A stretch of 64,000 nucleotides of DNA from a virus: positions 32,001-96,000 of IMG/VR virus record IMGVR_UViG_3300032304_003098. One strand, written 5' to 3'. Shown one piece after another: positions 29,059 through 38,160 of the stretch (position 1 is its first letter; each line of letters starts with the position of its first letter). The notes beneath the pieces were generated by a model. It saw only the letters and a program-made list of their open reading frames with translations, was not told where the DNA came from and did no database searches. The translations under genes and the position numbers were made by a program.

Positions 29059-29163
29059 GTTCTACGAAAGGAACTTTCTTTTCATTTTTCATATAAAATC
29101 CAATCAAGTTGTGAATCCTTTTGTGTTGTATATTTTTAAAGTCAAAGTTTTGAATTTTTAAAC

Positions 29164-29802
29164 ATGAAATGGCTAAAGCAGTTTTTTAATAAATCGAAAA
29201 AAATGAATTGGAAAGAAAAAAGCTTAGAGGAGATCCAGGAATTCTTTCAAACTAAAGATTTTCAATGGTTGAAAGGTGACCAGATGGGAAACATAGAAAA
29301 ATTTAAAGCAATTGAAAAAGATGAATCTACTGGATTTACTTTCATTTGTTTCCGTTCTGGAGGAAGAATGAACGTAGATTTAGTACAAGAATATATGGAT
29401 GTTTTTCCCTCCCAAAACATTGACTTTGCTTCATTGGCCTCTGCTTCTCCGCCCCAGCAACCCACTGGAGAAAAATCAACGGCAGTTAAAAGTAAAACCA
29501 ATACAGTTTCTTCGATACAACTTTCAGAGTCTCCGATATATAGTTTGTTGAAGAAACAAAAAAACAATTGGGTTAACGTGAATATTACCTTGAAATTGAA
29601 TCTTCCTTCGAAGAATTTGTATGGTGTGCTTACTTCTTCTTTCGAAGATGCCGACACTGAAATCATCAATTTTGTGACTGAAGGCGTAGATATTGATGAC
29701 ATCAAAGCTGCTTTAGGTGAATCAATACTGTCGTACTATGACAAGAAAAAAAACCTAGTTTCTTCTGATAAATTTTTAGACCAAATTGAAGATGGAAAGT
29801 AA
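29164..29802 (+). CDS. Hypothetical protein
   Basis: 212 aa ORF in operon. Confidence 0.8.
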   Translation: MKWLKQFFNKSKKMNWKEKSLEEIQEFFQTKDFQWLKGDQMGNIEKFKAIEKDESTGFTFICFRSGGRMNVDLVQEYMDVFPSQNIDFASLASASPPQQPTGEKSTAVKSKTNTVSSIQLSESPIYSLLKKQKNNWVNVNITLKLNLPSKNLYGVLTSSFEDADTEIINFVTEGVDIDDIKAALGESILSYYDKKKNLVSSDKFLDQIEDGK

Positions 29803-30367
29803 TTTACTTTTTGAAAACAAACTCTTCCGCGTGGAAGAAAGAAACGGTTTTACTGGGATGGTACCTCTTTTCACTAATGTTATGATTATGCCATTTATTT
29901 CAGATGAACAAGGTTTACCCCTTTCCATTGGCGTTCTAAAAGAACCAAATCCTTTTAGAGATGGTGGCATGTCTATTTCTTTAATTACTGGCACTACCGA
30001 AGAAGAAGATCCAGATCTACTTTCGACCGCCAAGAGAGAACTCAAAGAAGAAAGTGGCTATGATGTACAAGACAATAAAAGGTGGTTTTATTTAGGATCT
30101 GTTACTGCTTCCAAATTTGTCGACCATGAACAGCCTTGTTTTGCAGTAGACGTTACAGATGTTGTAAAGGGAGAGCCAAATCCAGATAACAACGAGAAGG
30201 AAAACTCGATGGAATTCAAATTTATTTCCGCAAACGATGTTGTCAAACATAAAGATATTTTTATACCTGGACTTTTTCTGAAGTTGTTTAAATTCGTCTT
30301 GGGATTCGATGTGCAAAACAAACAAGAGGGTTTGGAAAAAAGCAAAGGTTTTAAATTTTCAATTTAA
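29792..30367 (+). CDS. Nudix hydrolase
   Basis: Nudix box GTTEEEDPDLLSTAKRELKEESGY. Confidence 0.88.
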   Translation: MESNLLFENKLFRVEERNGFTGMVPLFTNVMIMPFISDEQGLPLSIGVLKEPNPFRDGGMSISLITGTTEEEDPDLLSTAKRELKEESGYDVQDNKRWFYLGSVTASKFVDHEQPCFAVDVTDVVKGEPNPDNNEKENSMEFKFISANDVVKHKDIFIPGLFLKLFKFVLGFDVQNKQEGLEKSKGFKFSI

Positions 30368-30372
30368 ATTTT

Positions 30373-30696
30373 ATGAGTCAAGCTAGAAAAGCCAGAAGGG
30401 CAATTGCAAAATCTTTAGGGTATCTTAAAAAAGATGAATCCGTGTTATCTTTTAGAGAAAGAGTCAGGAGAGCACATCAGATGGGTAAACAATTTCACAC
30501 CATCCATCTCCAAAATATTATGAATCAAGAAATTCAGGCAGGTAGAATTTTAACTAATCAAAACTTGGAAAATTTGGCAATTGAAAAAAACAATAACGAA
30601 GAGAATTTTGGAACTAATTTGAATTCGTTTAATTTTTTAAGCGAATTCAAACCCGAAGGATCACCAGAGATAGAGATCCAGGATAACCCAAAATAG
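30373..30696 (+). CDS. Hypothetical protein (basic N-terminus)
   Basis: ORF tightly packed between neighbours. Confidence 0.75.
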   Translation: MSQARKARRAIAKSLGYLKKDESVLSFRERVRRAHQMGKQFHTIHLQNIMNQEIQAGRILTNQNLENLAIEKNNNEENFGTNLNSFNFLSEFKPEGSPEIEIQDNPK

Positions 30697-30697
30697 T

Positions 30698-31030
30698 ATG
30701 ATTGATTGTTTGGCTGGATTTAAATTTTTTCTGACCGAATGCTCTGCCAAAGAGACCAAAAAGAAATTCTTTGGTTATTCAGACTTCTATCTTATAGATA
30801 TTGGGAAGGTTATCCGCGAACTGGGATATAATAATCAAAATTTAACCCAAGAGTCTGAATTCATCATAAATTACACTGTTCGTAGGAAAATAGACCAGGG
30901 GATATATAATACAAAGAATAACACCATTTTGATCGTCCACAAAAATATCTCTCCAGATTTTATTGAAAATCTGACTTGTTTTTTGAAAGAATACGGAGAT
31001 AATTTTCAGTTTGAGATAGAAATGGTTTAA
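30698..31030 (+). CDS. Hypothetical protein
   Basis: ORF tightly packed; contains GATATATA at 30901. Confidence 0.75.
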   Translation: MIDCLAGFKFFLTECSAKETKKKFFGYSDFYLIDIGKVIRELGYNNQNLTQESEFIINYTVRRKIDQGIYNTKNNTILIVHKNISPDFIENLTCFLKEYGDNFQFEIEMV

Positions 31031-31047
31031 AAATTTGTATGAGATAA

Positions 31048-33012
31048 ATGCCAAACAACAGTTCTTTTCAAGGAACAAACATTCCCACCTCAGGTAATAC
31101 ATTTTCTCTTGCAGATCAGAATTTAAATCCTTTGTTAAAGGATTATTGGTTTGGGTCAAGAGAAGCTTCTCAACAAGAGATTTCGAATGACATCGTTTCT
31201 AGATTTTCTAATCTAGGGTCGGTAAATCCCAACAAAGGGCCCACTGCCAGATCTCTTTTTTATAATGCTGCTAATTTATATGGAGATGATGCCAAATTTG
31301 GACAATTTCTTTTTTATTCCTTTTCAAACAATTCAAATACTTTCCGTCAAGAATATTACCAATCTGAACAAACTCAGTTCAACGCCGCAATTTCTTCGGT
31401 AGCATCAAAAAATCCATCCGCCGGAGCTTTGGTCAGAGCCAGCAATGAAACCATGGCCTCTACCCAGCCAGGTCAGATGGGAAACACAACCAACACCGGT
31501 AACAATACGATTGGCAATCCAGGTAAAATTATTGGTGGAGCATCTGCTCCTTATTATTGGAGAGACTTTTTGTATTGTAAATATTATGGAACAATTCCTA
31601 ATAATTACATGATTACCCTGCGCAGATTCCCTGCTCCCATGAGGGATAATTTATCTCTTCCCCCCCAACTTAATCAATCTGATGCTTTCAAAAAAGAGGG
31701 GGCTGGACGGCCGGTCGCTCAAGCAGTCACCTGGTGGGGTGGACAGACCGGAAACACTTTAAATGACATTTTGTCTTTTTCGACTGGTTTGAAATTTGAC
31801 CCTAAAACTCAAGCAGAAATAGCTAAAGTTGAAGGTTTTGACCAAGGTTTTTTTAAATCAGTTTTGGGTAGAGCTTTGGGAACATCGGCTAATATTTTAG
31901 GAGGTGGTGCTTTATTTGGAGCCCTGGGCGACGTAGCTTCGGTGCTCATTTCTTCTACGGATTCTGGAAGGGGCGGAATAACAATTCCAAAAATTAATAA
32001 TGCTCTGAGGGATAAAATGCAAAATTCCAACAATGGTCCTTTATCAGATTTTATTTTTAATGCGGTAGATACGGTGGATAAAACTTTGATGAGAGGCAGG
32101 GGTTTGACTTATGAAGCAGGACCCATTATACTCAAATTTCACTATGAGCTAACCTCCGTTGGAGAGGTAAATACCAAGGCTGCTTTGGTGGATATTATTG
32201 GAAATCTCCTAGGTCTGGGAACTAACTATGGAAATTTTTTAACTCCCGATGTTAGATATGACAACGGATTCCCTCCCATAGGCTTTCCTGGGGGAGATAA
32301 AGGTTTGATGTCGTTTTATTCCGATCCTATCGGATGGGTCAAAACCACAATTAAATATTTGGCCGATCCCGATGGAACCACCAATGATGATCCACAGGCT
32401 CAACAACTGAAAAAATTCACCAGCGACATTCAAAAATCTACAGCCCAAATCCAAACTATGTTAGCCCAGATTGAAGCAGGAGGAGGTGGAGCTCAGGCAT
32501 TGGCGAAAGCGGTTGATGGACCTTTGGGTAACATTTTGGCCTATTCTTTGGCGGATGATCTAATTGAAAAATTCCAGGCGCCCTTATCCCTTAAAACTGG
32601 AGCACCTGTGGGGGAATGGCATCTGGTGGTGGGAAACCCCATGAATCCTATCGCAATGATTGGAAATTTGGCCTGCACAAATTTGAACATTGATTTTGGT
32701 GAAGTGTTAGGTCCTGACGATTTTCCCACCGAAATTATAGCCACATTTACTCTGGAGCACGGCAGAGATCGTGAAAGAGGAGAAATTGAATCGATGTTTA
32801 ATCGAGGTGATGGTAGATTGTACCAATCCACTTTGCCTACTTACTCTAACACACAGTCTCTATACAGCCAGGCTTTAACGGATGGCCAATCTATCCCGGT
32901 TGATCCCAATGATTCTACTTTGGCTAATCCTTATTTATTTATCTCTAATTATGATTTCACCCCTGGAGCAATTCAAAACAACGTGATTAGCCCCACCAAT
33001 CCTACTCCATAA
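31048..33012 (+). CDS. Baseplate/tail-tube junction protein (gp48-like, putative)
   Basis: Position before LysM gp53 and hub; C-terminal WHLVVGNPMNPIAMIGNL...LGPDDFP beta domain. Confidence 0.5.
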   Translation: MPNNSSFQGTNIPTSGNTFSLADQNLNPLLKDYWFGSREASQQEISNDIVSRFSNLGSVNPNKGPTARSLFYNAANLYGDDAKFGQFLFYSFSNNSNTFRQEYYQSEQTQFNAAISSVASKNPSAGALVRASNETMASTQPGQMGNTTNTGNNTIGNPGKIIGGASAPYYWRDFLYCKYYGTIPNNYMITLRRFPAPMRDNLSLPPQLNQSDAFKKEGAGRPVAQAVTWWGGQTGNTLNDILSFSTGLKFDPKTQAEIAKVEGFDQGFFKSVLGRALGTSANILGGGALFGALGDVASVLISSTDSGRGGITIPKINNALRDKMQNSNNGPLSDFIFNAVDTVDKTLMRGRGLTYEAGPIILKFHYELTSVGEVNTKAALVDIIGNLLGLGTNYGNFLTPDVRYDNGFPPIGFPGGDKGLMSFYSDPIGWVKTTIKYLADPDGTTNDDPQAQQLKKFTSDIQKSTAQIQTMLAQIEAGGGGAQALAKAVDGPLGNILAYSLADDLIEKFQAPLSLKTGAPVGEWHLVVGNPMNPIAMIGNLACTNLNIDFGEVLGPDDFPTEIIATFTLEHGRDRERGEIESMFNRGDGRLYQSTLPTYSNTQSLYSQALTDGQSIPVDPNDSTLANPYLFISNYDFTPGAIQNNVISPTNPTP

Positions 33013-33016
33013 ACTC

Positions 33017-33616
33017 ATGTTAAATATAGATACTTTATTTAGAAATAAAACCATCTTTAATCCTAACCGAGATTTACAAAGTAACGGCATCGGTATTTGG
33101 GATCTAACCGCAGGTTCCATGGATTTTAGAAACATCAACCTGAAGATCAATCGTTATTTTTTGGTTCGGGAGGAATTTCAGATGAGACCAGATCAGCTGG
33201 CTTTTCAGGCCTTCGGTGACATTTCTTTAACTGGATCTCTGATGAAAATTAATGGGATCTCAAATCCTTTCGCCTTAAAGGAAGGTAATTTGATTGTGGT
33301 GGCCAAAAAAGAAAGAATAGATGCTGCCTTCACTCTTAAACAGGCAACTTTACTCCAGTCTAACACAACCCAGAATCCAAACCAACAATTCAGAAATATA
33401 CAAGAACAAAAGAAATTTCAAATCTCTAACTCCAGACAGAAATTTTTAGAACAGAGGGCAAAAGCAAAAAACGCACCCGAGCAGATTTTACCACCAAACT
33501 TTACCCAGCCCGGAGAAAGACAAACTGTTAGAACTAACGTGGTTATTGGCTTGGCACCAGACGTCAGCAATGCACCAGCCAATCCGGCCGGCAATCTGAA
33601 TTCTACACCGAATTAA
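33017..33616 (+). CDS. gp53: Baseplate wedge LysM protein (gp53-like)
   Basis: RPDQLAFQAFGD....LMKINGISNPFALKEG. Confidence 0.8.
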   Translation: MLNIDTLFRNKTIFNPNRDLQSNGIGIWDLTAGSMDFRNINLKINRYFLVREEFQMRPDQLAFQAFGDISLTGSLMKINGISNPFALKEGNLIVVAKKERIDAAFTLKQATLLQSNTTQNPNQQFRNIQEQKKFQISNSRQKFLEQRAKAKNAPEQILPPNFTQPGERQTVRTNVVIGLAPDVSNAPANPAGNLNSTPN

Positions 33617-33618
33617 AG

Positions 33619-35121
33619 ATGGCAGCAGATCAAATCATCATCAACAATCTGGCTCGAACCAGTATTCAGTTAGATCAGCTGGTAGTTCCCAACAGAACTG
33701 GGGGAGAAAATCAGGGTTTAGATGATGCCTTGATGGATGCCGATGATAAATCTTTTGGCGGATATAGACCAGTAGTTTTCATCAACGGGTATTTTGTAGA
33801 CAAATATCTTTCCCATTTGGAATTGGATATGACCGGATTTTTACCCGAAATTAGATTTCAATTCTCGATGGATAATCCCATGTTTTTAAACATAAATTAT
33901 CCTAAAGATGGAGATATAGTTTCTGTTTATTTCCGAAGTTGGGTTTCTGTTTATCGTCCTCTCAGGATGGACTTTAACATTTTAACTGTCAAATCCGGCG
34001 TTTCTGAAAACCCGGAAGGGACAAATATTACTTTCAATATTCTCGGTGAATGCCGAATCCCTGCCCTGTATAACGAGGTTTCAAAGGCTTTTAGAAATTC
34101 CACTTCTTATGATGTTCTATTTCAGGTTTCTCAGGATCTTGATTTGGGATTTTCTGCCAATGAAACAGAAGTTGTGGATACCATGACTTGGATTTGTCCC
34201 AACATGTCTTACTATGATTTCATCAGAGAGGTTGTGTCTAGATCCTATAAAGATGACCGCAGTTTTTTCACGGCTTTTATTGATTGCTATTACAATCTAA
34301 ACTTTGTCAATCTCAACAATCAAATTACCACCTCTGATGTGATTCAAGAGTGTCGAGTTGTAAGAGGTTCTGCAACAGGCACAGCGGATGATACCGCCTT
34401 TGCTAAAACGGAGTTATCTGAGCAATTAATTCCCTTGGTTTTGACCAATGAAAAAGGAAACGCAGATTTACCCACATATATTCAAGGTTACACTCTTATT
34501 TCAAATGCTGGCAATATCACCAACCATCAAGGCTATATCCACGAAGTTCAATTTTGGGACGAAGGTCTGATCACAGAAAATGAAATAGAAAAATACATCA
34601 GATACACAGTTGAAACCATCACAACAGAGAATATAGGAGAAAACATGATTTTACAAAGGGGAAGAGCAAAAGAAAAAATATATCAAAGAGAATACAGGAA
34701 AAATTGGTATGGAATTCTCAATAATTTTCAAGATGGCGGGGTGCATGAAAATTTCATCCAGGCCCTAGTGCAAAATGAAATTAACAATGACGACATAAGG
34801 AAATTCACCTTGAAGGTTGAAACAGCTTCTTATTATGGGGGCATATACCGAGGAATGGCAATTCCAGTCTTCATCTATGTGAATGATCAAGGTAAAAGAA
34901 AAGAGAACACCGGTGCGAATAACAACCAAAACCCAGAGCAAGACATAAACCCGGTTATGGATAGATTTCTGTCTGGTGTTTACATCGTCATGGGAATGAA
35001 GGTAAATTATGATTCTTTCCGGGGTATTTACATGCAGTTGGATTTGTGTAAGAGAGAATGGATTTTGAATAGTGCTGGGGAATTCCCTAAGGCATTCCCG
35101 ATCAATTTAATTACAGGATAA
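33619..35121 (+). CDS. Baseplate hub protein (gp27/VgrG-like, putative)
   Basis: Position; FIDCYYNLNFV, FLSGVYIVMGMKVNY...MQLDLCKRE typical of hub C-terminus. Confidence 0.6.
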   Translation: MAADQIIINNLARTSIQLDQLVVPNRTGGENQGLDDALMDADDKSFGGYRPVVFINGYFVDKYLSHLELDMTGFLPEIRFQFSMDNPMFLNINYPKDGDIVSVYFRSWVSVYRPLRMDFNILTVKSGVSENPEGTNITFNILGECRIPALYNEVSKAFRNSTSYDVLFQVSQDLDLGFSANETEVVDTMTWICPNMSYYDFIREVVSRSYKDDRSFFTAFIDCYYNLNFVNLNNQITTSDVIQECRVVRGSATGTADDTAFAKTELSEQLIPLVLTNEKGNADLPTYIQGYTLISNAGNITNHQGYIHEVQFWDEGLITENEIEKYIRYTVETITTENIGENMILQRGRAKEKIYQREYRKNWYGILNNFQDGGVHENFIQALVQNEINNDDIRKFTLKVETASYYGGIYRGMAIPVFIYVNDQGKRKENTGANNNQNPEQDINPVMDRFLSGVYIVMGMKVNYDSFRGIYMQLDLCKREWILNSAGEFPKAFPINLITG

Positions 35122-35129
35122 ATAAGAAC

Positions 35130-37490
35130 ATGGGAATTCAGGCCACAGACAGAAATAGAAATTTGTTTTTGAAAGGATTTAGACTTTCAGATCAAGGAAA
35201 AAATGAGGATCCCACATATTTGGGTTTCAAGTTTGTCTTTGATTTTGGTACCTTACCTGTAAATCCTGAATATGGTTGGGCTCCGAGTCCATTGCTGCGA
35301 ATCGCCAATTATACCGCCGGCAATGGAGCAGGGATGGCCTCAGGACTTGAAAACCCTTTTGGACAACCTGCTTACAATTTAGGTGGACCTATTTATTATT
35401 CCACTTACAATTATTTGTTACAAAGAGAAGGAGCTTTTGGATCAGAATCCGATAGCATCAAAAGAGCCAATGCTCTGCGACAATTTCAGGTTTTATTGAA
35501 CAATATCAATAATAATTCTCCTTGGTTTTTCCAATCCATTGAAGGATTAGATAAATTAGATAAAATTACCAGAACTGGTTTCCAAGATGAAGCGGGTTTT
35601 GATGGATTCAATCCTCAAAAAACAGACGGTAAAACTTTAACAATTGGTTGCTTAGAATCCTTGAATTTGAGGATTTCTGCCTTGGCCGATTTATACGAAA
35701 CTGCTATGTTCGATGCCGATAACATGAGATGGCTAGTGCCCAGAAATTTGAGAAAATTCACGATGTATATTTTCGTGACGGAAATTAGGAATTTCTTTAA
35801 AACCTCTAGACTAACTGGTGCGTCAACTGTTTTGGCTTCTTTAGATAATTTATCTAATGTTTTAACCACCAATCGCAATCCTGGTTCTAATATTCAAAAT
35901 CTGGGAATAGAGGACCCCATCGAAAATGTGTCCGGAAATCCAGGCAACTCTTTTACCAGTTTTGTGTCGAATGTGTTTGGTCAATCTGGTTTACAAAATG
36001 ATGTGCAGGCTTTCCGCAACCAACAAGATCAAAGTGGCATCAAACCCGTTTTTATTTATGAGTGTCACCAGTGTGAATTTGATTTTAGCACCAGCACTCC
36101 TCTAGCTTCGACAATTGATATGGGTAGCTCCTCGGCAGATTCACTCATGGCCAAGCAAAGTTTTAAGATTCACGTGGGCAAGGTCAGAATGAAAAATCAA
36201 TATCCCAACATTCGAAACGATAAAAACCCCTTGATTCTAGCAGATGGTGCATACCAATCAAGATCCTCTGTACAAACTGCTGCTTTAACTTTGGAAACCA
36301 TCGCCAGCCAAGCTAATGAATTGATCACCAATTTTACTTCTGCTGCTGTCAACGATTTGGTTAATGAAGGGGTCAACCAATTTGTCAATCCCGCTTTGTC
36401 TGGGTTAAACCAATCCCTCCTAGGCAACATTTATTCGTTCAATCCATCTCAAATTGGAAGAATGGTTACTCCAGGTGGATTCAACTTCAACGATGCTCAA
36501 AATTTCCTCAATGGAGCAGCGTCAACTGGGATAGATAACATTTTTAAGGGCAATTTACCCAACCCGCAAAAGGTGGGATTGGGAGGTCCACCAGAAAGAG
36601 CCTACCCCCCAATTTCTCCTCCGGAAGACGTGTATCCCAGAGTTCCTGGTACTGATTTAGGAGCTCCAGGTAGAGTTTATCCACCCCCTACTGGAGACGT
36701 GTATGATTCTGTACCTGGCCAGGATTTAGGACCACCTGATAGAGTTTATCCCGTTCCTACAGGAGATGTTTATGATACGGTGCCTGGACTCGATTTAGGA
36801 CCACCAGATCGGGTTTATCCACGACCTGTTGGGGATGTTTACCCGGATGTACCAGGGACAGATCTGGGAGTTCCTGATCGAGTTTATCCAAATCCAGTGG
36901 GAGATGTTTATGACCAAGTTCCTGGTTCAGATCTCGGTGTTCCTGATCGAGTGTATCCAGTTACAAGTGGGGATGTATACGAGGATGTACCTGGGCCAGA
37001 TCTAGGAGTTCCCGATCGAGTTTATCCTATTCCCGGAGGAGATGTTTATACGGATGTTTCAGGTAGAGATTTGGGTGTACCTGATAGGGTTTATCCCACT
37101 GATCCCATAGGGGACATTTATTCTGGTGTACCTGGACCGGATTTGGGAGTTCCTGATCGGGTTTATCCCATCACTCGAGGAGATGTTTATACAGAAAACA
37201 ACTTTACGGACTCTTTGCCACGTGAACAAGTTTACGCTCCTAGCACTTTTGCAAATATAGCAGGAGAGCTTAGAGCCAGAGAAAATTCTTTTACTGAACC
37301 CCCTGGATCTGTGTATGAGATTCCGAGGGCAAGGCCTATTCAAGGTGGACTGGGTGATGTTTATCCTCCCACAGTAGGAGATTTTATTTTAGAGCCTCCT
37401 TTGAATTTAGGAAACATGAAACCTTCTACTAAATTCAACCCTAGTTTAGGTACTTTTAATCCCACCGAAGAAATAGAAGACGAACAGTAA
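35130..37490 (+). CDS. Tail-tube-fold baseplate protein with Pro-rich 23-aa repeats
   Basis: PWFFQSIEGL, CLESLNLRI, RKFTMYIFV, YECHQCEF; directly upstream of gp5. Confidence 0.55.
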   Translation: MGIQATDRNRNLFLKGFRLSDQGKNEDPTYLGFKFVFDFGTLPVNPEYGWAPSPLLRIANYTAGNGAGMASGLENPFGQPAYNLGGPIYYSTYNYLLQREGAFGSESDSIKRANALRQFQVLLNNINNNSPWFFQSIEGLDKLDKITRTGFQDEAGFDGFNPQKTDGKTLTIGCLESLNLRISALADLYETAMFDADNMRWLVPRNLRKFTMYIFVTEIRNFFKTSRLTGASTVLASLDNLSNVLTTNRNPGSNIQNLGIEDPIENVSGNPGNSFTSFVSNVFGQSGLQNDVQAFRNQQDQSGIKPVFIYECHQCEFDFSTSTPLASTIDMGSSSADSLMAKQSFKIHVGKVRMKNQYPNIRNDKNPLILADGAYQSRSSVQTAALTLETIASQANELITNFTSAAVNDLVNEGVNQFVNPALSGLNQSLLGNIYSFNPSQIGRMVTPGGFNFNDAQNFLNGAASTGIDNIFKGNLPNPQKVGLGGPPERAYPPISPPEDVYPRVPGTDLGAPGRVYPPPTGDVYDSVPGQDLGPPDRVYPVPTGDVYDTVPGLDLGPPDRVYPRPVGDVYPDVPGTDLGVPDRVYPNPVGDVYDQVPGSDLGVPDRVYPVTSGDVYEDVPGPDLGVPDRVYPIPGGDVYTDVSGRDLGVPDRVYPTDPIGDIYSGVPGPDLGVPDRVYPITRGDVYTENNFTDSLPREQVYAPSTFANIAGELRARENSFTEPPGSVYEIPRARPIQGGLGDVYPPTVGDFILEPPLNLGNMKPSTKFNPSLGTFNPTEEIEDEQ
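36627..37190 (+). repeat. 8 tandem ~69-bp coding repeats DVYxxVPGxDLGxPDRVYPxxxG plus partial unit
   Basis: Units start 36627, 36696, 36765, 36834, 36903, 36972, 37041, 37113, 37182. Confidence 0.95.
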
Positions 37491-38158
37491 TGCCAAGCCC
37501 CCGTTTTTATTTAGGACAGGTTGTAGATATCAACGATCCCAGAAAATCTGGCCGAGCTAGAATCAGAGTTTTTGGATTGTTTGATGGTTTGGAGGACCAG
37601 GACATTCCGTGGGCTAGTCAAATCAGCGGATTATCTTTTGGGAAAGGCGGAGCTGGTACCATCTCTATCCCTAAATTAGGAGCGGTTGTTGTTGTCCAGT
37701 TCGATGGACAGAATTATTACAAGATGAACTATTATGGAGAGAAGGACTATGCCCAGGACATGTTAGCCGAGATTGCTGACTCCTATGAAGGAGCCCAAGT
37801 TCTCGTGTATGACACAGAGGCTGAGCCTGGACCTTTAACATTATTTTACACTAAAAAAAAGGGAGCTGTTTTTTCTCTGGGAAATGCTAAAATTCAATTG
37901 GATACTCAAGATGGTGGTCAGCTGAGAATCGTAATTGAAATGGGGCAAGACCAAATTCGGATGGAAAATAACAAAGTGATTATTAACTCTAATAATATAG
38001 AACTGGGCGAAGCTGCCATCGAGGCAGTGATTAAAGGGAATACCTTTCAAACTTATTTTAATTCACACACCCATGTTGGTAATCTGGGTGCTCCCACTTC
38101 TCCTCCCGTGGTTCCTTCTACTCCTGACCATCTTTCTACGGTGAGTAAAACTAGATAA
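37490..38158 (+). CDS. gp5: Baseplate central spike (gp5 OB-fold/gpV type)
   Basis: GQVVDINDPRKSGRARIRVFG, IPWA, IPKLGAVVVVQF; C-terminal SHTHVGNLGAPTSPP. Confidence 0.88.
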   Translation: MPSPRFYLGQVVDINDPRKSGRARIRVFGLFDGLEDQDIPWASQISGLSFGKGGAGTISIPKLGAVVVVQFDGQNYYKMNYYGEKDYAQDMLAEIADSYEGAQVLVYDTEAEPGPLTLFYTKKKGAVFSLGNAKIQLDTQDGGQLRIVIEMGQDQIRMENNKVIINSNNIELGEAAIEAVIKGNTFQTYFNSHTHVGNLGAPTSPPVVPSTPDHLSTVSKTR

Positions 38159-38160
38159 TT

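Noticed and set aside
29535-29542. Intragenic GATATATA as a functional promoter
   Set aside because: About 250 nt from the next start and upstream of non-structural genes; could be chance in AT-rich DNA
14621-37190. 42-bp and 69-bp repeat arrays as CRISPR arrays
   Set aside because: In-frame coding repeats with synonymous variation, no repeat-spacer structure and no cas genes
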